A DNA stretch of 56,402 nt, taken from assembly GCF_001194135.2 (NCBI RefSeq), contig NC_069001.1:11363884-11420285 (forward strand). Direction: 5' to 3'. Positions 48,148 to 56,402 of the stretch are shown piece by piece. The DNA is from Octopus bimaculoides. Taxonomy: Eukaryota. Positions within the stretch are counted from its first letter, which is position 1, and each line of letters starts with the position of its first letter. The position numbers and the translations under genes were made by a program. The notes beneath the pieces were generated by a model. The model ran no database searches and was not told the origin of the DNA. It saw only the letters and a list, made by a program, of their open reading frames with translations.

Positions 48148-50619
48148 ATTTCTTCATTACTTATGTACATAGCTAAGAAAAAAGAAAAGCGTCAGATGGC
48201 ATATATGTAGTTACGTTCATGAACTTCAAGCATACAGTATACTAGTTTCCTCTAAGATTTTACCATTATATTCCAGTAATAAACCGAAAATAAGCGCGCC
48301 TAAATATAAGTATTATATTCTTTACTTTAGAATATTCCATATAATACTCGATAATCTACGACAGGCTATTTCCGACTAGGGAAATTGAAGATTGCGGATT
48401 ATGTTACGCAAACGCGTTTGACTAAAGTTATAATGCAACGCATGAAAACGAAATGCAAGCAGCCAATCAGTGCTAAACATTCTTGATAGAAATCCATGCA
48501 TTGTCACTAGGACTTAATATAATACGTGTTCATTATGCCTCATAAAGTTCCGTGAATTCGCTTATCAAAACTAATATTGGGAAAGTTAAAATATGAAAGA
48601 GGATTTTACGCTTAGAGAATTATTTCCAACACTGTATTACAATTGTAACGTCTCCCCCCCCCATCTATTAATGGTGCGTGTGCTCTTCTCATTATTGTAG
48701 TTTGTCGAAGTAAGATAAAATTCTCATTAGAATCTTTATCAACACGGTGAACAATGAGAGAAAACGATGTGTAAATAATCGAATTAAACCAGCAGCATCC
48801 AGGATGATCATGATTTCGTCTTCTTCTTCTAACTATTATTATTATTAGTAGTAGTAGTAGTGGTAGTGGNNNNNNNNNNNNNNNNNNNNNNNNNNNNNNN
48901 NNNNNNNNNNNNNNNNNNNNNNNNNNNNNNNNNNNNNNNNNNNNNNNNNNNNNNNNNNNNNNNNNNNNNNNNNNNNNNNNNNNNNNNNNNNNNNNNNNNN
49001 NNNNNNNGGTGGTTGTGGTGGAGGTTCTGGTGATGGTGGTGATGGTGGTGGTAGTAGAGGTTGTGGTGGTTGTTACGGCAACAGTAACGTCCTAACTTTT
49101 GTGAGTGGTCTCCCCTCTATTTACGATATAAATAAAAAACATTTACCGGTAACGAATATATTTTATTTTTGTTTTTTCGCTGTTTAATTTTTCTCAGCAT
49201 ATATTTATCATTTGGCTCGTTCTGTTTTTTTTTTCTTTTTAAATCCTCCCAGTTTCAAATGTGCTAAAACTAAACTATATATTTCTCAAATTACATTTTT
49301 TTTAGACGGCTTATTTATGATCATGCACTAAACATTTTAGCATTAAAGAATATATCCAATTCATCAATTCTGGATTTCGTATTAATGCTTCATGCATCAA
49401 ATATATTATCAATTACTTATGAACATGTCTCCCACACCTCATGCTTATTTCTAGATAGCTTTTTAATGTTCCATTACATATTTGTTAAACATTATCAATA
49501 TACAGTCGGTGTTGAAATGGTGCAGAAGTCTACTCCACATTTCAACCATCTGCTAAAGATAACTTTAAGTAGCCGCCATATGCTGAGGTTAGTTCAATCG
49601 TGTATAGCTGTTCTTTTGAAGAACAAGCAGCATATAATTGGCGCAATAGTCTCCTGGAATCTTGTGCCAGTTTCATGCAGTTGTTTTCCGAACAAGGAAA
49701 CCTATGCTGGGTGAATAGTTCATTGTAGAAAATATCAGAAAACTGAAATATTGATTATGGTTGCAATGGAGTTTATCATAGATCTGCTCTGACAGGAAGA
49801 ATACGAGGTTAGACAACAACAGAAATTTATGACAAAGTGCATTCAGAACAATGTTGTTTATTGTGTATTAAGACGGCAAAGGAAGATTTGAAAGAAATTT
49901 GGCTACTATTTCTTGCAGATCGGCAGCGAGCACAGGGTGTAGCCTTACTCAGGAAGCTATATTTTTCACATGGGCGTGGAAATGGAGGAATATCGCAATT
50001 TCTTGAAGATAGAAAAATAAAGAATAAGCGATAAACAACACGGTTGTAACAAAAAATAGACGAGTAGATAAATAATAAAAAAATCAGACTAAACGAGAAC
50101 AATAAAATAGGACGAAACAAAAGCAAAAGTGCAGTGTCAAATAACAAATAAGAATGCATATTATGGCGAATTTATGGCGAGCATGAATAATTTTGTGCGT
50201 TTATCTGCTTGTGTGTTTGTGTATGTGCATGGGGTGAGAGAGAGGGAGAGAAAGAAACAGACAGACAGAGACCGAGACAGAAATATGTGTATGTTTGTCT
50301 GTTTGTGGCATTCCACAAAATAGCAGCGGAAGTGTGAAAGTATTAAAAGATTTCTGTTACACTCTGCAATATCACAATGGGACGCTATTTCCATTTTCTA
50401 CGATAAAGCAGGCCTTGTATCAATCACCAGGCACTGCGCCTAATGTGTCTAGTTAAGAGAATATCTAAATGATCTCAGCGGTAAACAAATTCTCATCAAA
50501 AGCGGTCCAAGCTACAAATACAGTCTACATGAATGGGAAAATGGGTTTGTTTGAGTTCATGTTTGTGTATATAAGACCAGGGAAATAAATGTATTTATGT
50601 GGACATCGATAATTGCTTA

Positions 50620-50670
<51 letters not shown>

Positions 50671-51118
50671 TATTAACGACAGAAACGGTATTGCTAATCA
50701 TCTTTAAATAACCCCACTGGCTTTTCGCAATACCATTGCCTATTTAGGCACTGAGAGGCTATGTATATCGCTCGCAGACTTACTGTTGCTTCCTCCAGAT
50801 TCCGAGTCTCCACAATTGACAAGGCCAGGGAAGGCCGAAGTCATATGATCTGGGGTGGTGATAGTGGGTGATTTATCACAACGCTAATGATGTAAACAAG
50901 AGTGCTTATATGAACCGATAGCCATGGTTCTAACACTAAATTCGCTAAGTGAGGATATATATGTATGTATTTATGTATGTATGTATGCATCTATCTTTCG
51001 CTCTCTCTCTCTCTCTGTATATATANNNNNNNNNNNNNNNNNNNNNNNNNNNNNNNNNNNNNNNNNNNNNNNNNNNNNNNNNNNNNNNNNNNNNNNNNNN
51101 NNNNNNNNNNNNNNNNNN

Positions 51119-51255
51119 CATGTGTATATAGATGCATATCAGGGTACAGGACGTTAGAACAATGAACTACAGACAACGGAACGAACACATAGGAAAACAG
51201 AAAGCCACTTGGAATTATTCATCAGCTGCCTCTATTCTAACTAGACGTTTCGAAG

Positions 51256-51257
<2 letters not shown>
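51119..51257 (-). mobile_element. (TA)n-flanked short interspersed repeat, copy 2
   Basis: Homologous to 9482-9640. Confidence 0.55.
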
Positions 51258-51294
<37 letters not shown>

Positions 51295-51829
51295 TCACAT
51301 GTGTTACTGTTCTCTGGCGTATATCTTTACGTTTGCGTGGGAAAGTTTTAGCAAATATATCTTTAGTCTCTCTTTTCTCTCGCTTTCTAATTCTACTAAC
51401 GTTCTATGAAGAAAGGAGAAAAGTATTATTTTCATATCTGATGAAATATTTCACTTAGTAAAATAATATCTCATTAATAAATAACGAGTTATACCGTGAT
51501 ACTCCTAAAAGGAATGAATTAGCGCTTTTTACAACCGACCAGAAATAAATAGTAAGAGACTCTTAATAAGGAAAAACAAATAACAAATATGTTGACTGTC
51601 TGCTTGTTTTCCTTCATAATACCTTAATTTCAAATTCAAGCCAGTAATTTCGCTTCATATTATGAACAAATGATGAACTCTATTGTAATAGCTGTCTTAA
51701 CTAGAAAGACCATGTGTTTCATTTTATTTATTTACTTTTTTAGTCGATGTGTGTAAGTGCCTTGATCTTCTATACATGGATTTGGATTATTCTTTAAAGG
51801 TGCCTTTAGAAGACATCCCAACCGTTTAA

Positions 51830-52545
51830 GATATGACAATTCTGTGTCGGCATTTGCGAACGACGGAGATCAGTGGTCCTACAGCTCGGTACCTGGTGAG
51901 ACAGGTTCTTGCTGCCTAACAACATTGTACAGCGCTGGTCGGGCGGAGACGGTAACTTGCTTGGTGTTTGGTTTGGCCAGATCTCCAGTCTGACTCAGAC
52001 CCGGCTATGTAGGCTATCTCTTCTGTCATCTAGTGCCGCTTAACTGCCGTACCTAGCGCCATTTCACATTTGAACAAACTAAAGCGAGTGCTCTCATGCT
52101 TTCTGTGGAAGCGACAAGTTCAGCATGTCCACATACCGTCAGCACTTTGTCAGTGGAGTAATGAGCTTAACATGGATGATGATGCGCTGACATGCGCCGA
52201 GGCTTTAGCGTCTCCTGTATTATTTTGACGGTGAACAGGCTTGATACCATTAGATCGACAACATTTCTCAAGCACATCTCTTTCACAGATCTGCAGTCGT
52301 GGGGCAAGCGTAAAACGTCTAGCACGTTTGACGTCTGAGAGATCATCATACACACACACACACACACACCTCTACAAGTCTGGGCAGCGGAAATTCCACG
52401 TTAGCATTCTATAATGGATTAGTGGTGGGCATCTGCGATGACGTTCTTGGAGACACTCTGGGCCTCAACGAACATCAACTAACTGGTCTGTCTTGGAGGA
52501 CTTTCGATTCAGGGCCAATGGTTAATTTCCTGAAATTGTGGCCTG
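51830..52545 (+). mobile_element. Tx1/L1 LINE ORF2 relic (post-RT region), apparently the same family as 16300-17720
   Basis: RWSGGDGNLLGVWFG; DGEQA; TLAFYNGLVVGICDDVLGDTLGLNEHQLTGL; interrupted by (CA)n. Confidence 0.8.
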
Positions 52546-52752
52546 GGTATTGGAATCTTAATAACGGATTTACAAATGCAATGACCAATCTTAAAGATTA
52601 TTGGATTTTACTCACAAGGTATTAGAATCTTATATGTATACCATTCTGCCTCAACAATGGATTTACAAATACAATATCCCTACATTCACTATCTTTTTCT
52701 TCTATTTCCTATCTTAACTAAAGTAACTATTGCTTAACCATCCTCTCACACC

Positions 52753-52800
52753 GTCTCCGATGAAGGGATATAATAGATATCCTGGAAACAGCTGTAAGAC
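52753..52800 (+). ncRNA. Minimal Penelope-type type I hammerhead ribozyme
   Basis: GUCU-CCGAUGA-AGGGAUAU(AAUAG)AUAUCCUG-GAAA-C(AGCU)G-UA^AGAC; helix I 4 bp, helix II 7 bp, helix III 2 bp with palindromic loop. Confidence 0.7.
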
Positions 52801-53007
52801 ATTCTATTTATAAATGTTCCATATTATACACAGCCTTGGTTCTTTATCTCATTACGAAAACTAAATCCTTATATTCACACGCTGATATATGACCTACATT
52901 GGACCCCTTATTCGCATAACCACCGAACCTGGAGCTTAACTATGGTCTATTCAAAGCACTTACTCAACATTACCTGAAACCTCTGGGTCTAATTGACACC
53001 ACTATAG

Positions 53008-53072
<65 letters not shown>

Positions 53073-53987
53073 CTTATGTATATGTGTGTGTGAGTGTGTG
53101 TATATGCATGTATATATATGTATATATATACATGTATATGTATGTACATATATATATATATATGGACCCTGATCGTCTTAACAGTCGTTTACTGTATTAC
53201 TACTCACTAAATCAATCGATCGTTTCACTAAATGAAACTATGAACGAACCCAAAATGTAAATTTGTGTGTGCGCGCGCGTGTGTGTGTGTGTGTGTGTGC
53301 TTGGGTGTGCAGTTTTCTCTTTCCCTCTCTCTGTCAATCTACCAATCCTCCTCTCGTCTTTACTTAATCAGTTTTCGTCGTGGGCATACGTCTCTGGAAC
53401 TCACTGAGATACTCCAGCATGGCCACAGTCCTGTGTGTGATAACACTAAAAATTGAAAGAATATGCCACACGTTATCACTCCTCGTTTAAAAACGTAATG
53501 ACATTTACTAACAATATCATCAAAATTAGTGACATTTCAATGTCGATCTAATTTCTACAATTTAAGTGCCAATTCGTTGCTGTCTCCTGAATAATTAACA
53601 AAGATTTATTTGGCTGTCTGATATATACACACACACACACACACACATACACACACACATATATATAGGCATTCCCATTTACACACACTTGCACAAGGTC
53701 ACACAATTTCATGTACATATAATATTCACACGTGCACACACAGACCAGTGCTAATGTCTGTTGTACGTAGTTGTGTGTGTGCGTTAGATGTGTATGTAAG
53801 GACAGGAGATGACAAACTTATTGAAGTACAGTATTGCTTCATCACAAACGTCCCGCGTTCGGATTTTGCTATTGGCACTGCAATGAATGAATGAATGAAT
53901 GCAATATCAAAATTGATAAACGAAGAAGTGCGTACAAGACACTAGATCTGCTATTTTGGTAGATTAAGTTTGACCCAACTTCCTTAC

Positions 53988-54187
53988 ATATTGGTCTCAA
54001 ATTTTGGCACATCGCTAGCAATTTCGAGAGAGTCGACAAATCGATTCCATTGGGCCCTGTACTCAGTAGGTACTTACTTCATCGACCCCGAGAGAATGAA
54101 AGGCAAAATGGACCTTGGCGTAATTTAAAGTCAGAATGTGTAGACGGACGAAATGCCGCTAAGCATTTTGACCGGCGTGCTAACGAT
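53988..54187 (-). mobile_element. Nin/Deu-like SINE, tail-2
   Basis: TTTTGGCAC...CATCGACCCCGAGAGAATGAAAGGCAAA...GCTAAGCATTTTGACCGGCGTGCTAACGAT. Confidence 0.85.
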
Positions 54188-54439
54188 ACAAAGGGGATGG
54201 AATCGTCTTGGACTTTATATTTTTGAATATAGACCTGTTCGATCAAGGTTGAGCTTCACCTAAAAAAGGAACCATAACATCCACAACTAGGAACGTCATA
54301 ATTTCTGTTTACAAGGTAAACACTATATATTAACTTAAATCGCCCTTCCACCATAATTCAATGAAGGAACTTCTTCGAGGCTATTCGATCTACAAAAACA
54401 AAAAAGACGCTAAATATATATCAACAACAATCTTTTATT

Positions 54440-54633
54440 TTTCACTTCTATCAGTCATTAGACTGCGGCCCAGCTGGGGCACCGCTTTGAAGTCCAGTGA
54501 ATCGAATTTTTAGTCCAATGAAACAACCGCAGTACTTATACTCTGTTAAGCCTAGTACTTCTTATATCGGCCCCGTCTGCAAAACCGGGGATGTAAATAC
54601 ACCAACACGGATTGTCAAGCGAAGGTGGGGGGA

Positions 54634-54640
<7 letters not shown>
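54440..54640 (-). mobile_element. CORE-like SINE 3' tail
   Basis: TCAGTCATTAGACTGCGGCC...AAGCCTAGTACTT...TTGTCAAGCGAAGGTGGGGGACAAAC, adjoining (CA)n. Confidence 0.8.
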
Positions 54641-54669
<29 letters not shown>

Positions 54670-54719
54670 TCTACACACATAGATCTGGGTTTTATTTTTA
54701 ATTTCTAATTATCAAATTT

Positions 54720-55030
54720 ACTCACAAGCATTTGAGAAATATACAGAAATATACATTCACACATACAAACGCTCAGACACATGCATACACACACAAACGC
54801 GCACATGTACAAATGCACGGACACACATACACACACACACACAAACGTACAAATACACACACGCACACATACACACGCTCAGACACACACGCACATGCAC
54901 ATACAAATGCAGACACACATACAAACACACACACACAGAGGTAAACATACACACAAGCACAAAAACAAATACAAACACACAGGCAAACACACACACACAT
55001 ACAGAGGCAAACACTCACACAGACACAAAT

Positions 55031-55066
<36 letters not shown>

Positions 55067-55090
55067 ACTCACTCACACACATGCACTCAC
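54720..55090. repeat. Degenerate (CA)n-rich tract
   Basis: Direct inspection. Confidence 0.9.
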
Positions 55091-55590
55091 ACATTCAAAT
55101 TCAGTGAAACTTCTCGACCATGCAGAACGCCAANNNNNNNNNNNNNNNNNNNNNNNNNNNNNNNNNNNNNNNNNNNNNNNNNNNNNNNNNNNNNNNNNNN
55201 NNNNNNNNNNNNNNNNNNNNNNNNNNNNNNNNNNNNNNNNNNNNNNNNNNNNNNNNNNNNNNNNNNNNNNNNNNNNNNNNNNNNNNNNNNNNNNNNNNNN
55301 NNNNNNNNNNNNNNNNNNNNNNNNNNNNNNNNNNNNNNNNNNNNNNNNNNNNNNNNNNNNNNNNNNNNNNNNNNNNNNNNNNNNNNNNNNNNNNNNNNNN
55401 NNNNNNNNNNNNNNNNNNNNNNNNNNNNNNNNNNNNNNNNNNNNNNAAAAGTCTGTTCTGTACGTAGTAGAATAGGGGAAGCAACTCTTTATCAACTTTT
55501 ATGTTCTGTAACCAGTGAATGGCGAAGAAGGAGACGGTGATTTACTCACAAGCAAGTTTATTTCTAGCGAAAGAGCATTACACTATTATT

Positions 55591-55637
<47 letters not shown>

Positions 55638-55960
55638 AACACAAGCACACACACAGAGTACAGTTTAGAAATAGCGAGCATTTTACATCCGTAGTTTCTG
55701 TTTTATGAAGTAGAAATTACTTCATATGTAAAATAACACGAAGTTAACGGAAAATCTTTTCGGCTGTGTATACAGATGCAAGCTCATATGCACAGACACA
55801 TGTATATATGTATATAAATATGAATGTGCGTGTGAGTGTGTGTGTGTCTTGTGTCCGTTCATATATATATACATATACATGCATGAATATATGCATGAAT
55901 ACTGTTTATGTTGATTGTGGCCATGCTGGTGCACTGCTTTTAATAGTTAAAAGATGTTAA

Positions 55961-56174
55961 TTCTTATTTCTTTATTGCCCACAAGGGGCTAAACACAGAG
56001 TGGACAAACAAGGACAGACAAAGGGATTAAGTCGATTGCATCGACCCCAGTGCGTAACTGGTACTTAGTTTATCGATCCCGAAAGGATGAAAGGCAAAGT
56101 CGACCTCGGCGGAATTTGAACTCAGAGCTAAACGGCAGACGAAATACCTCTTAGCATTTCGCCCGGCGTGCTAA
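55961..56174 (-). mobile_element. Nin/Deu-like SINE, tail-1
   Basis: Near reverse complement of 27545-27773. Confidence 0.93.
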
Positions 56175-56354
56175 TTCTTTCTCTTTGCTACACTGTTAGT
56201 CAAAATACGCAAATACAAACACACACACATACGCAAATACATACAGGTATACATACATACTAACATACATACATACTAACATACATACATATATACATAA
56301 ATATAGGCGCGTGTATTTAACAATATACATTGTGTGTATACATTTATGTGTGTG

Positions 56355-56402
<48 letters not shown>

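Noticed and set aside
49780-50034. Possible micro-exon plus terminal exon (acceptor TTCTTGCAG at about 49918)
   Set aside because: No recognisable product; such splice-like motifs are common by chance

Overview
AT-rich eukaryotic, essentially non-coding 56.4 kb window with many N-gaps that nearly always abut dinucleotide microsatellites. The repeat content resembles octopus genomic DNA (inference from recalled SINE families; not searched). No protein-coding gene could be confidently identified, and almost all long ORFs in the track are microsatellite or N-gap artefacts. One weak candidate first exon lies on the minus strand at about 3168-3480. The window is dominated by tRNA-headed SINEs of three structural groups: a modular group with 2 heads x 2 tails, a Nin/Deu-domain-like group, and a CORE-like group with an internal microsatellite. 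It also holds decayed Tx1/L1, R4-like RLE, Tc1, mariner, hAT, Helitron and Gypsy relics. The most notable signal is a set of hammerhead ribozyme (HHR) motifs next to (TA)n tracts. One is an apparently intact type I HHR on the minus strand at 36446-36570, nested in a 28-bp hairpin. A second is a near-intact minimal Penelope-type HHR at 52753-52800, and several half or decayed copies are also present. Together they suggest a retrozyme or Penelope-like family of small self-cleaving elements.
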